64,000 nt of DNA from Mustelus asterias (GCF_964213995.1 NW_027590293.1:62001-126000), one strand, 5' to 3'; counted from the stretch's first letter, positions 15,337 to 28,498 are shown. Numbers and translations are program-made. Notes: generated by a model not told the origin, from the sequence alone.

Positions 15337-16393
15337 TCTCAGTGTAACAATGACACACACAGACTCCAATACAATCAGAGTGGGGATGGAGCACAGAGAC
15401 AACACAGCAAAGCACTGACTTACTCTGAGTGTAACAATGACACACACAGGCTCCAATACAATCAGAGTGGGGATGGAGCACAGAGACAACACGGCAAAGC
15501 ACTGACTTACTCTGAGTGTAACAATGACACACACAGGCTCCAATACAGTCAGAGTGGGGATGGAGCACAGAGACAACACAGCAAAGCACTGACTTACTCT
15601 CAGTGTAACAATGACACACACAGACTCCAATACAGTCAGAGTGGGGATGGAGCACAGAGACAACACAGCAAAGCACTGACTTACTCTGAGTGTAACAATG
15701 ACACACACAGGCTCCAATACAATCAGAGTGGGGATGGAGCACAGAGACAACACAGCAAAGCACTGACTGACTCTGAGTGTAACAATGACACACACAGGCT
15801 CCAATACAATCAGAGTGGGGATGGAGCACAGAGACAACACAGCAAAGCACTGACTTACTCTGAGTGTAACAATGACACACACAGGCTCCAATACAATCAG
15901 AGTGGGGATGGAGCACATAGACAACACAGCAAAGCACTGACTTACTCTGAGTGTAACAATGACACACACAGACTCCAATACAATCAGAGTGGGGATGGAG
16001 CACAGAGACAACACAGCAAAGCACTGACTTACTCTGAGTGTAACAATGACACACACAGGCTCCAATACAATCAGAGTGGGGATGGAGCACAGAGACAACA
16101 CAGCAAAGCACTGACTTACTCTGAGTGTAACAATGACACACACAGGCTCCAATACAATCAGAGTGGGGATGGAGCACAGAGACAACACAGCAAAGCACTG
16201 ACTTACTCTCAGTGTAACAGTGACACACACAGGCTCCAATACAATCAGAGTGGGGATGGAGCACAGAGACAACACAGCAAAGCACTGACTTACTCTGAGT
16301 GTAACAATGACACACACAGGCTCCAATACAATCAGAGTGGGGATGGAGCACAGAGACAACACAGCAAAGCACTGACTTACTCTCAGTGTAACA
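15337..16393. repeat. 87-bp minisatellite, 12 copies plus a partial
   Basis: Unit starts at 15337, 15424 ... 16381; units are near-identical. Confidence 0.97.
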
Positions 16394-19300
16394 AATACAA
16401 TGTTTGTTCAAATAATAAGAGTCACGTTGCAGTATGTTAGCGAACACAGCATTAGATCCAATGTAATGGTAATACAGTCAGTATCTAGTGCACCAGAACC
16501 AAAGTTTAAGTTTCATTTGATAGTGTGAGTGAGTCATGGTCTATTGAGATAATGTATTTAGATTCCGGTGTGTGTTACTCTGCCACTGTCAGTATCAGAC
16601 AATAACCTGTCTGTTATTCCAATTCTGCTGTATTTTACATTCTGCTGTATTTCTGCTGTACTTTAACCTGGTGTTGTTAAAACTCTTACTGTATTTTACA
16701 ACTGCAGCTCCTGGGGCTGATTGGAGTCTGGTATAATCATCACAAAGGTTGGTTTCAGTGTCTCTGAGGTCATTTTAACTGCAGGTAATCTGACAAGGGA
16801 GACAAGAGGCCCAACAAACATTTGATTACAATAGGAGGACAAGGTGTAAGGGAGCAATGATATTTTAAGGTGTCTGTGTTATGGTGAGTGTCACTGGGAG
16901 GTGAGTGATAAAATAGAAGTGGAAACATCACGACAGATACATGTGACTGACTCGGCCTGACTGAGAGCTGTTATAGTCAAGGCGAGAATAATGAGGACAT
17001 GGCGAACTCCAGGGATTTCTGCAGTTCTCAAGTTACACACAGGAAACAGATGTGACAGCTCATCAAACCCAATGGTTTAATCTTCTGTTTGAGACACATT
17101 ATGACCGAAAAGATCAAACATTAAAACCTTAGGAGAGAAACATTCAGAATGTCACAAAGATGAGTGAACTGTCCAATTAATCCCATTCACCAGAACTCTG
17201 CCAATTTACCTTCTACACGTATTTATCCAATTCCCTTTGAAAGTTACTATTAAACCTGCTTCTAGCACCTGTCAGTTTGCGCATTCCAGATCATATCAAG
17301 TTATTGTGTGAAAAATTCTCCTTATCACCCCCTCCAGTTCTGTTGTCAATTATGTTAAATCTCTGTATCCTCTGCTCACAGACCCTCCTGCACCTGGGAA
17401 ATAGATTCTCTCCATCTTCCTGCTCCTGGGAGATAATTTCTCTCCATTGACACTATCATAAATCATTTGTCATTTTAAACATCTCTATTAAATCGCCCCA
17501 TCACATTCCCCAATCTAAGATGGATAACCCATGTTTTTCCTGCCCTGAAGAATTATATGGACTCAAAATGTTAACTGTTTCTCTCTGAACAGATGCCGCC
17601 GGATCTGCCGGGTTTTTCTGCTTTTCACCCTGTTTTTCCTTCTATAATCAATCAGAAACTCTTCATGATTTTGAACATCTCGATTAAATAGGAACACACA
17701 GAGCCTGAGAAAGATACAGAGCAAAGGAGAGACAGAAAGACTGAGAGAAAAATTGAGAAAGATTTTAAAAAGCAGAAAGTTGAGGTGGTCAAAGATAAAA
17801 GCTGAGAATCAGAGGAAACAAGCAATACAGAGAGAATGATATACAATATAAGGGAGCAGGCTATCAGTTCCCAGCTATGGGGAGCAGACGGAACTCAGTA
17901 ACTGATCCACAGACACAGCTGGTTATATCTGCGAATGGAAACTCTGAACAGAAATAACTGGCTCATTTGTAAATGTCACCACAATGTGACCTGTGTGACT
18001 CTGCCCTGACTCTGTGGACAGATAAAGGCCGCATTGACAGATGTTCTCACCAGATTGTGGTTCCTGGATTTATTTTCTGCTCAGAAGTGAGATGTGCGTT
18101 TTTGAACCGGCAGCAGAGAAGTTGTGTTACCTGAGAATGAAACAGCCGGTGTCAGTTTGATGTTATCACCGTGAACAGTCTTCCTGCCTGTGAGGGTGAA
18201 CTCACTCTGACAGCATCAAGAACAACCACACAGATTGCTGCCGGTCTCCACATTACATTCAGCTCCATTCCCATTTTAAACAATGAAGAAAGGAGATTAT
18301 TTGGATTTTTAACACATTCACTGAATTGGGAGATGGACTGAGGGTCATCACTGGGAGAAATGAGGAGGAATTAGAGAACAAATAAGTTTTCCCAAAGAGG
18401 GTTCTTAGAAAAGAGGAGATTTAAAGTGAGTGAGGGCCTGTCAGAGGAAGTGGGAGAGAGAAACAGAGAGGATTGAATCTTCATCAATTAGATGTTTTCT
18501 CAGACAGCAAAGAGAGATGAAGTTTGTTTGTGCTTTTTCAGAGAGAGGTAATGAGAGAGAGAAAACAATGAATAAGTTTAAGCAGATCTGAAATAGGAAG
18601 GTTAAATGAGTGAGTGTTTGAAAGAAAGGTAGAGAGACATTAAGTGATGAACACAGTATCTGAGAGGAGAGAGGTTAAGTGAATGTGAGAGAGGAGCGAG
18701 GTTATAGAGTGTAAGAGAGGTGGAAGGTGAGGTAAGTGTGAGTGAATGCCTGGAGAGAAAGAGCGATGTTCAGTGAGTGTTAGAGAGATGAGAGAGGTTA
18801 AGTGATTGAGTTTCTGAGGGAGAGGAGATGCTAAGTGAATGAATGTCTGAGAGGAGAGCAGGTTCACACCCAGGGGTCACTGAGAATGATCAAAATAAGG
18901 AGATCACCCAAAAAACTACCAACAGGAAACTTCAGCTGAACACATCACTCATTCTTAAATGGTCAGTCAGGGCTCTGTTGCTGCTCAGCTTCTCTCTGTT
19001 CTGTTTATAATGGTTAAAGGCTGATAGGAGTGAGGTTTATTTGAAAGGATAGTGTATGGGAAGCACACATCAACAAAACTGAGAATTTTTGGATACACAC
19101 TGCAGCTCCTTCTCTATCTGGGAATCAAATTGTTGTCTCATTGTCCCAGCAGTTAACAGGCTCCTTTGAACGTCTCCAGCTGCTACTTTAATGCAGACTT
19201 CAACCAATTTATTTGAAGCCAGTTTCTGTTCAATAAACCAGGACTGATGCACACACACATTAAAATGTTTTAGACTTTTTTTCATTCTCAGTCTGGAAAC

Positions 19301-19959
19301 CTAAACCTGCCGTTTCACTCTCAGTCAGGAATAGATCCCAGTTTTACACCAATCTTTGACAGCATGTTTCCAGCATTCACCATTGTTCTTCCTGACTCGA
19401 AACACAGTTGTAAAGGAGCTTCTTTTCCGTGTCTAGGAGGTCTGAACCATGGAAAAGAATGACTGGGACACATTTCTTACACACCTCAGGATTCACCCAC
19501 ACGGGGACTTTGCTGTCAGTGAAAAGTGACGAAAAAGACCAAAGTGCTGTTTGTCCCTCTCAGCGAGACCCTGAAGGACTGGGTCAAGAATGAAGTTCTG
19601 TTCCTACTGTATGATCCTCCCTCAGATTGCCCTTTCTGAGCTCCAGCCTGGTGACGTTAAACACTCAAATGGAAAAGTCAAAAATCTACAACAATGATTC
19701 AATCAAATGTCTATTTCACATTTATTCAGAATATCAAACCTCAACAGAAGAAAAAAATCAGAGAGAAGATGATTCAGACCTGGATATGATTAACAGCATC
19801 AATAAGTGTAGAATCCAAACCTGGCAGTCGTTTGTGAACTCGCCGGTGTGTTAGCAGGTGGGATGACTGAATAAATCCCTTTCCACAGACATTACAGGTG
19901 AACGGCCTCTCCCCAGTGTGAACTCGCTGGTGATTCAATAGGTTGGGTGAAAGAGTGAA

Positions 19960-21003
19960 TCACTTCCCACACACGGAGCAAGTGAATGGCCTCTCCTCAC
20001 TGTGAACCTGCTGGTGTGTCAGGAGATTGTATGAACGGGTGAATCCCTTCCCACATTCAGAGCAGGTGAATGGTCGATCTCCTGTATGGAGTTGCTGGTG
20101 TATCAGAAGGTTGAGTGAATTAATGAATCCCTTCCCACAGTCTGAGCAGGTGAATGGCCTCTCCCCAGTGTGAATTCTCTGGTGGTTCAATAGGGCAGAT
20201 GGACGGCTGAATCCCTTCCCACACACACAGCAGGTGAAGGGCCTCTCCCCAGTGTGAATTCTCTGGTGGTTCAATAGGGCAGATGGACGGCTGAATCCCT
20301 TCCCACACACACAGCAGGTGAAGGGCCTCTCCCCAGTGTGAATTCTCTGGTGGTTCAGTAGGGCAGATGGACGGCTGAATCCCTTCCCACACACACAGCA
20401 GGTGAAGGGCCTCTCCCCAGTGTGAATCCTCTGGTGGTTCAGTAGGGCAGATGGACGGCTGAATCCCTTCCCACACACACAGCAGGTGAATGGCCTCTCC
20501 CCAGTGTGAGTATATTGGTGCATTAACAGATCCTTTTTGTTTTTAAAACTCTTCTCATAGTCAGAACAATTAAAAAGTTTGTCAGAGTGAACAAGTTGAT
20601 GTGTCTGCAGGTGGGATGACTGAATGAATCCTTTCCCACACACAGAGCAGGTGAACAGTCTCTCCCCAGTATGAATGCATTGGTGTGTCAGCAGATCTTT
20701 TGTGCATTTAAAACTCTTCCCACAGTCAGAACATGTAAACAGTCTCTCATCAGTGTGAACAAGTTGGTGTGTCACAATGTGGGATGAGTGAGTGAATCCC
20801 TTCCCACACACAGGGCAGGTGAACAGCCTCTCCCCAGTGTGAACCCGTTGGTGTGTCAGAAGGTTGTATGAATGGGTGAATCCCTTCCCACAAACAGAGC
20901 AGGTGAACGGTCTCTCCCCAGTGTGACTACACCAATGAACTTCCTGTTGTGATGGGAAACCGAATCCTTTCCCGCAGTCCACACATTTCCACGGTTTCTC
21001 CAT
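19960..21003 (-). CDS. C2H2 ZNF Z3 (12 fingers, one degenerate, premature stop); paralog of Z7
   Basis: ORF from the ATG at 21003. GGA>TGA at 19960-19962 cuts off the last two fingers and the tail, which remain readable to ~19774. Finger 6 has C>Y. Confidence 0.8.
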   Translation of the reverse strand: MEKPWKCVDCGKGFGFPSQQEVHWCSHTGERPFTCSVCGKGFTHSYNLLTHQRVHTGERLFTCPVCGKGFTHSSHIVTHQLVHTDERLFTCSDCGKSFKCTKDLLTHQCIHTGERLFTCSVCGKGFIQSSHLQTHQLVHSDKLFNCSDYEKSFKNKKDLLMHQYTHTGERPFTCCVCGKGFSRPSALLNHQRIHTGERPFTCCVCGKGFSRPSALLNHQRIHTGERPFTCCVCGKGFSRPSALLNHQRIHTGERPFTCCVCGKGFSRPSALLNHQRIHTGERPFTCSDCGKGFINSLNLLIHQQLHTGDRPFTCSECGKGFTRSYNLLTHQQVHSEERPFTCSVCGK

Positions 21004-22373
21004 GGTGCTGGTGCCCTTGTTTCTCCAGGTTGGATGATCAGTTGAAACCTCGTCCACACACACAACATACATGTAGTTTCACCCTGCTGTGAACTGTGTG
21101 ATGTTCTTTCAGACTGTGGACTGGTTAAAGCTCTTTCCACAGTCAGTTCACTGGAACACTCTCAATCGGGTGTGTGTTTGTTCCAATGCTTTTCCGGTCA
21201 CACTGATGTTTAAAATCTTTGCCGACAGACAGAAGAGTCAAACATTTCTCCTCCCATATTCAAAGACCAATGATATTCAGCTCCGAAGGAACTGAATGAC
21301 TTTGCCAGTCATGATGTTCGGTTTGAGTTTTCTGTCTGCGAATCCTCCACTTCCAATATCCTGTAAAAAAAAATTTGGAAAAGTCATCACCGTCAGTCCG
21401 GGATAGAAATTCTGAACAGACAATTCTAGATTCTCTGGAACATTTTTTCCTCTCTTGTTCCCCAAAATCTGTAAATCCCCGTCCCACACACTCTCTCTCT
21501 CTCTCCTCCCTGGGCTTAAACCCATCTCACCATCTGCATCATTTCTTTCCCCCACTCCCAGTTTTCTCCCTCCCTCTCCTCTGTCTGGGTTCAGTTCTCC
21601 AGCTGCTGTCTGCAGACTGACAATAAAACAAATGGGTCTTATTGGGGGTGTTGGGTCTCCAGCGGGTGTTTGTGAATCCTCCCCGCCCACCTCCCAGGGT
21701 TCCCTTCCTTCCCAGAGATCAGAGTCCTCATTGATTTGAGGCCAAAGTGTAACCTCTTATTTATTGTCCCCCTCCCCCATCCTCTGATGTGAACCATCCT
21801 CCAGTGGCTGAGCCAGGATGGGGCCGTTAACCTGGGCCTGTTCCCGGGAGGGAGGGAGGGAGAAGCCCCGCAGCTGCAAACCAGGGAGCTGACAATGATT
21901 CTGAAGGGTTTGCGGATCCACAAAGTGTTTCCAAATCCTCCCAGCCACCGCCTAACGCTGACTCCGCTTCTCCGGGACAAACAAGCGCCAAGGACAGCAA
22001 TGACACTGCGCATGCTCCACATCACAATGCCCGGGGACTGATTGACGGCAGCTCTGGACCAATAGGAAGAGGGGGCGGGGCTGGAGGACCGAGCTGGAGC
22101 GGCTGGTCCTCCAACCAATCGGAGTGAATGAGGGGCGGGACCTGAAACATGCGCAGTGCGAGTAATGGCGACGGACGGCCGGTTTTTATGTGGAAGCGAG
22201 AATCAATACGAGGTAGAGGGCGGCGCGCGGGTAATGATAAATGTGGCGGGTGGGTGGAGAGGCTTTGTAAACATGTTGTTCAAACCCAACCCCCGGAAAT
22301 GAACTTCCGGGTCCCCCCCTTTGTGCCAAATGGAGCGGCAGCTTGTAGTGTTAGACCCGAGCTGACTGCCGCC

Positions 22374-22636
22374 TGTGGTAAACCACTGTTAAGCTTATTG
22401 CCTGTGTGTGTGTGTGTGTGTGACATGTCTGGGCATGCCCCTGCCAGCCCTGCATGAGACTCCTTCCCCCCCCCCCCCCCCCGGTCCAGGTATGAAGGTG
22501 ACTGCTCCCCACCCTCCTGCCTCAGTTGCTGGACCAGTTCATCAGCATGGGTGTGTGCTCCAAGTCTTTTGCGAATAAAAGCCGATTTGTTCTTGCAAAC
22601 AAACTAGTCTTTACTTGATTGATAGATAATGCATCA
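22374..22636 (+). mobile_element. Solo LTR (263 bp) with 5-bp TSD CCGCC
   Basis: TG...CA ends and an internal AATAAA; TSD at 22369-22373 and 22637-22641; empty paralogous site at ~55961-55980. Confidence 0.85.
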
Positions 22637-22686
22637 CCGCCATTGAGGCTGCATGTGGGAGGCCGGCAGGGATTGTGATCGGGGAG

Positions 22687-22825
22687 TGATGTCACAATGG
22701 AATGGGTGAGGGTGTGACGTCACAATGGAATGGGTGAGGGTGTGACGTCACAATGGAATGGGTGAGAGTGTGAGGTCACAATGGAATGGGTGAGAGTGTG
22801 AGGTCACAATGGAATGGGTGAGGGT
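22687..22825 (+). repeat. 28-bp tandem repeat x5 containing a CRE palindrome
   Basis: tgacgtcacaatggaatgggtgagggtg units. Confidence 0.92.
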
Positions 22826-22849
22826 TCCAAATTCGCCTGACTTCGGTCA

Positions 22850-25800
22850 TTGCCAAGATTTTCGAGTCCATTATTAAAGCTGAGATCGCAGAGTACTTGG
22901 AAGTGCAGGATAAAGTAGGACTGAGTCAGCACGGCTTTGTCAAGGGGAGGTCATGTCTGACAAATCTGTTAGAGTTCTTTGAGGAGCTTTTGATTTGATT
23001 TGATTTATTATTGTTGCATGTATTAACATACAGTGAAAAGTATTGTTTCTTGTGCGCTATACAGAGAAAACATACCATTCATAGAGAAGGAAATGAGAGA
23101 GTGCAGAATGTAGTGTTACAGTCAGAGCGAGAGTGTAGAGAAAGATCAACTGAATGCAAGGTAAGTCCATTCAAAAGACTGACAGCAGCAGAGAAGAAGC
23201 TGTTCTTGAGTCGGTTGGTACGTGACCTCAGACTTTTGTATCTTTATCCCGAGGGAAGAAGGTGGAAGAGAGAATGTCGGGGTGCTTGGGGTCCTTAATT
23301 ATGCTGGCTGCTTTGCCGAGGCAGCGGGAAGTGTAGACAGAGTCAATGGATGGGAGGCTGGTTCGCATGATGGATTGGGCTACATTCACAACCTTTTGTA
23401 GATCCTTGCAGTCTTGGGCAGAGCAGGAGCCATACCAAGCTGTGCTACAACCAGAAAGAATGCTTTCTATGGTGCATTTGTAAAGGTTGGTGAGAGTCGT
23501 AGCTGACATGCTAAATTTCCTTAGTCTACTGAGAAAGTAGAGGCGTTGGTGAGCTTTCGTAACAAGAGTGTCGACATGGGGAGACCAGGACAGGTTTTTG
23601 GTGATCTGGATACCTAAAAACCTGAAGCTCTCGACCCTTTCTACTTCGTCCCCATTGATGTCGACATGGGCATGTTCTTCTTTATGCTTCCTGAAGTCGA
23701 TGACAATCTCCTTTGTTTTGTTGACATTGAGGGAGGGATTATTGTTGCCGCACCAGTTCACCAGGTTCTCTGTCTCATTCCTGTACTCTGTCTCATCATT
23801 GTTTGAAATCCGACCCAGTACTGGGGTGTCGTCAGCAAACTTGAAAATCGAATTGGAGGGAAATTTAGCCGCACAGTCATAGGTGTATAAGAGTATAATA
23901 GGGGGCTGAGAACACAGCCTTGTGGGGCACCGGTGTTGAGGATGATCGTGGAGGAGGTGTTGTTGCCTATCCATACTGTTTGTGGTCTGTGAGTTAGGAA
24001 GTTCAGGATCCAGTTGCAGAGGGAGGTGCTGAGACCCAGGCCACGGAGTTTGGAGATGAGTTTCGTGGGGCTAATAGTGTTGAAGGCTGAGCTGCAGTCA
24101 ACAAATAGGAGTCTGACATAGGAGTCCTTGTTATCTAGCTGTTCCAAGGTTGAGTACAGGGCCAGGGAAATGGCGCCTGCTGTGGACCTGTTGCGGCGGC
24201 AGGCAAACTGTAGTGGACCCAGATCGTCCGGGAGGCTGGAATTGATTCGTACCGTGACAAACCTTTCGAAGCACTTCATCATGATGGATGTCAGAGCCAC
24301 CGGCCGATAGTCATTAAGGCACGCTGCTTTGTTTTTCTTAGGTACCAGGATGATGGTCATCTTTCTTGAAGCAGATACGGACCTCAGATTGTTGTAAAGA
24401 GAGGTTGAAGATGTCTGTGAATACCTCTGCCAGCTAATCTGCACAGGATCTGAATGCACATCCGGGTATCCCATCCGGGCCAGTTGCTTTCTGTGGGTTG
24501 ACCTTCAAGAAAGCTGCTCTGACATCTGCAATAGAGACCCCAGATACAGGTTCATCCAGGGCTTCCAGGGGGAGAGCATGCTCTCGCTGACCTCTTGCTC
24601 AAAACAAATGCATTGAGCTCATCAGGGAGAGGTGTGTTGGAGAGCCGGCGATTTTACATGCCTTCACCTTGTAGCCTGTTATGTTTTGCAGACCTTGCCA
24701 TAGTCAGCGGGGGTTGGTGTGGCGAGCCTGAGACTCTAGCTTGATCCGGTATTGTCTTTTGGCATCTTTGATGGATCTCCTTAGATCATATCTGGTAACA
24801 AAGAAGTTAGATAAAGGAGAACTAGTGGACCTGATTTATTTAGATTTCCAGAAGGCCTTTGACAAGGTGCTGCAGGGGAAACTGTTAAATAAGTTAAGTG
24901 CCCATGGTGTTAAGGGTAAGATCCTGGCATGGATAGAGGATTGGCTGGCAGAAGGCAGAGAGTGGGGCTAAAGGGGTCTTTCTCAGGATGGCAGCCGGTG
25001 ACCAGTGGTGTGCCTCAGGGTTCAGTGCTGGGACCACAACTTTTCACAATATACATTAACGATTTGGAGGAAGGAACTGAAGGCACTGTTGCTAAGTTTG
25101 CAGATGATACAAAGATATATAGAGGGAGAGGTAGTATCGAGGAAGCAGGGGGGCGGCAGAAGGACTTGGGACAGGTTAGGAGAGTGGGCAAAGAAGTGGC
25201 AGATGGAATACAAAGTGGAAAAGTGTGAGGTTATGCACTTTGGAAGGAGGAATGGAGACAACAAGTATTTTCTAAATGGGGAAATGCTGAGGAAATCAGA
25301 AACACAAAGGGACCTTGAAGTCATTGTTCAAGATTCTTTTAAAGTTAACGTGCAGGTTCAGTCGGCAGTTAGGAAGGCAAATGCAATGTTAGCATTCATG
25401 TCGATAGGCCTAGAATACAAGAGCAGGGATATATTTCTGAGGCTGCGTAAGGCTCTGGTCAGCCCCCATTTGGACTATTGTGAGCAGTTTTGGTCCCGAT
25501 ATCTAAGGAAGGATGTGCTGGCTTTGGAAAAGGTCCAGAGGAGGTTCACAAGAATGATCCCTGGAATGAAGAGCTTGTCCTATGAGGAACAGTTCAGACT
25601 CTGGGTCTGTACTCATTGGAGTTTATAAGGATGAGGGGGGATCTTATTGAAACTTACAGGATACTGCGAGGCCTGGATAGAGTGGATGTGGAGAGAATGT
25701 TTCCACAAGTAGGAACAGCTAGAAATAGAGGGCACAACCTCAGACTAAAGGGACGATCCTTTAAAACAGAGAGGAGGAGGAATTTCTTCAGCCAGAGAGT

Positions 25801-26020
25801 GGTGAATCTGTGGAACTCTTTGCCACAGAAGGCTGTGGAGGTCAGGACATTGAGTGTCTTTAAGACAGAGATAGATAGGTTCTTGATTAATGAGGGGATC
25901 AGGGGTTATGGGGAAAAGGCAGGAGAATGGGGATGAGAAAAATATCAGCCATGATTGAATGGCGGAGCAGACTCGATGGGCCGAGTGGCCTAATTCTGTT
26001 ACTGTGTCTTATGGTCTTAT
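22850..26020 (+). mobile_element. CR1 LINE (RT to 3' end), split by the Rex1 insertion
   Basis: ...CLTNLLEFFEE | VTKKLDKGELVDLIYLDFQKAFDKV is continuous across the insertion; (cttatggt)-type tail. Confidence 0.85.
22987..24794 (-). mobile_element. Rex1/Babar-type LINE fragment inserted into a CR1
   Basis: RT motifs ([54 protein letters not shown]) and an (AATCA)n tail at 22990-23005. Confidence 0.8.
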
Positions 26021-26576
26021 GAGTTGAGACTGGGGTGGTGTCGGACGATGTCACTGAGGTGGAAATAGGCAGTCTTGATGATGATGTGGCTGGAAGCTCA
26101 TCCTGGAGTGAAATATTTCACCATGGTTGTGAACAGCCTGGTTCCGGCTCCGACAGGGAGTGGAGTTTGGCGTGGGGACTGAAGACAATGGGTTCAGACT
26201 TCCCAGTATTTATATGGAAAACATTTCTGTTCTCTTAGTCCTGGATGGCAGGCAAGTCAGGATGGTATGTGGGTTGGAGGGGAACTTGGAGCTGATGGTG
26301 CTAACCACTGTGCCACCGTGCCGCAGAATGCTAAATGGAATGAGAGAGAGAGAGTGTATGTGTGAGGGGCGTGGGTGGAGATTTAAAGAATGTTCCATAG
26401 AAACTACAATTGTCTGTTTTGAATTTCTATCATGTGCTGACAGTGATGATTTTTGTAAACTGCTTTCAGTGGATATTGGAAGGAGAGGTTTTGACTGGAA
26501 AAGCACTGAGATTCTCACACCCGTATCAGAGTGTTCCAGTGCACTGATTGTGGAGAGACACAAGGACTCCGACACC

Positions 26577-26725
26577 ATGGAGAAACCATGGAAATGTGGA
26601 GACTGTGGGAAGGGATTCAGAGCCCCATCTGGGGTGGAATCTCATCGACGCAGTCACACCGGGGAGAGACCGTTCATATGCTCCACTTGTGGGAAGGGAT
26701 TCAATCATTCATCGAATCTGCTGAG
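26577..26725 (+). pseudogene. ZNF fragment Z4 (about 1.5 fingers) truncated by a (GA)n tract
   Basis: [49 protein letters not shown], then a GA repeat. Confidence 0.8.
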
Positions 26726-26773
26726 AGAGAGAGAGAGAGAAAGATTGAGAGAGAAAGAATCCAACCCCTGCAA

Positions 26774-27344
26774 TCACTTGTGAACTTGTTGGTGTCGCTG
26801 CAGGTTGGATGACCGATTGAATCCATTTCCCACACACGGAGCAGGTGAACGGTCTGTCCCCGGTGTGAACTCGCTGGTGTCTCTGCCACGTGGATGACCT
26901 CCTAAACCTCTTTGTGCAGTGAGAGCAGCTAACCAGTCTCTCGTCAGTGTGAATGGGTTGGTGGACCATCAGTTCTCGAGAGCTTTTGAAGCCACTCCCA
27001 CAGTCTTGGGTGTGAGTGACCTTGTGGCTCAACAGGTTGGGCAACTGAGTGAATCCCTTCCCACACACACAGCAGGTGAACGGTCTCTCCCCGGTGTGAA
27101 TGCGCTGGTCGGTCAGCAGATTGTTTAACCGAGTGAATCCTTTCCCACACACAGAGCAGGTGAATGGCCTCTCCCCAGTGTGAACTCCCTGGTGTGTTTG
27201 TAAATGGGATAACTGAGTGAATCTCTTCCCACACACACAGCAGGTGAATGGTCTCTCTCCAGTGTGACTGCGCCGATGAGTTTCCAGTGCAGATGGGAAC
27301 CTGAATCCTTTCCCACAGTCCCCACATTTACACAATTTCTCCAT
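26774..27344 (-). pseudogene. ZNF Z5, degenerate (internal deletion and late frameshift)
   Basis: MEKLCKCGDC start; the HTQDCGSG junction lacks a linker and Cys; H>D in one finger; frameshift at ~26825. Confidence 0.8.
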
Positions 27345-28498
27345 GGTGCGAGTGTCCTTGTGACTCTCCAAGCTTGACAATCAGTTCAGTTACAACAAAA
27401 CATGGGTGCAGTCTCTCTGCTGCAATGTATTTTCAGGCTGTTTAACTGGTTAAAGTTCTTTCCACAGTCACTCAGGTGTGTTCATGTTTCAGTGTGTGTG
27501 TGTCTCGGTGCTTTTCCAGTCACACTGATGTTTAAAATCTCCTGAAGCAGACAGAGCAGAGAAACATTTCCATTCTAGATTCAAAGCTCGATGATATTCA
27601 GGTCCCAATGAACTGAGTGACTATGTTAGATTTTGATGTGAGGTTTGGTTTAATATTCGTCTTTAAATCTTCACCTTCTGATATCCTGCAAAAGGAATTT
27701 ACAAACATCATCAGTGTCAGCACAGGATAGAAATTCAGAACAGACAATTCTAATTTCCAATGAACATTCTTTCCTCTCTCATCCCCAAAGCTGTGAATCT
27801 CGATCCCACACACTCTCCCTCCATTCTCACTCTGCTGTATCTAATATTCACCCTCCCAATTCTCCTGAAGGTACTGATTGAGGCTGATTGACAGATCCAT
27901 GCTCACTGCTTCCTGTCCACCACACACAAATCATAAGAAACAGGAGCTGCGGTTGGCCATTCAGCCCATCGAACTGCCTCAACCATTCATTGAGAATTGG
28001 CTGATCTACCGCAGCATCATTTCCCACGCTATCCCCCCAATAGAGAGAGAATAGAGCCAATGTTTCGAGTCTGGAGGGAGGAAAGAATGTTCCATAGAAA
28101 TTAGAATTGTCTGTTCTGAATTTCTATCCTGCACTGACACTGATGACCTCTGCAAACTTGTTTTACAGGAAATTGAAAGAGGAATCACAGACCGAAATCT
28201 CAGACGTTGTGTCTAGATCTGACAGAGTCATATTCCTCGGGACCTGAATATCATCGGCCTTTAAATCAAGGAGAAATGGTTGTCCGGTCTGGTGACTTGA
28301 AAAGATTTCAAACATCAGTGTGACTGGAAAAGTGCCAACACGCTGCAACACTGGAGTGAGTGTGTTCTAGTGCATTGACTCAAGAGCTTTAACCAGTTAC
28401 ACAGCAATAAATATCACACCATTCACAGCGGGGGTGGGGGGACTGTTCTGTGTGTGGACGAGTGTTCAACTGAAGAGAAAGGAAAGAACACCTGCACC

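Noticed and set aside
15324-15362. CACAGTG as an RSS; likewise CACAGTG in SINE heads and finger linkers
   Set aside because: No nonamer at 12 or 23 bp.
15277-16447. Three 360-374 aa ORFs and a CRISPR-like appearance
   Set aside because: They arise from an 87-bp (3n) stop-poor tandem repeat; there are no unique spacers, and the context is eukaryotic.
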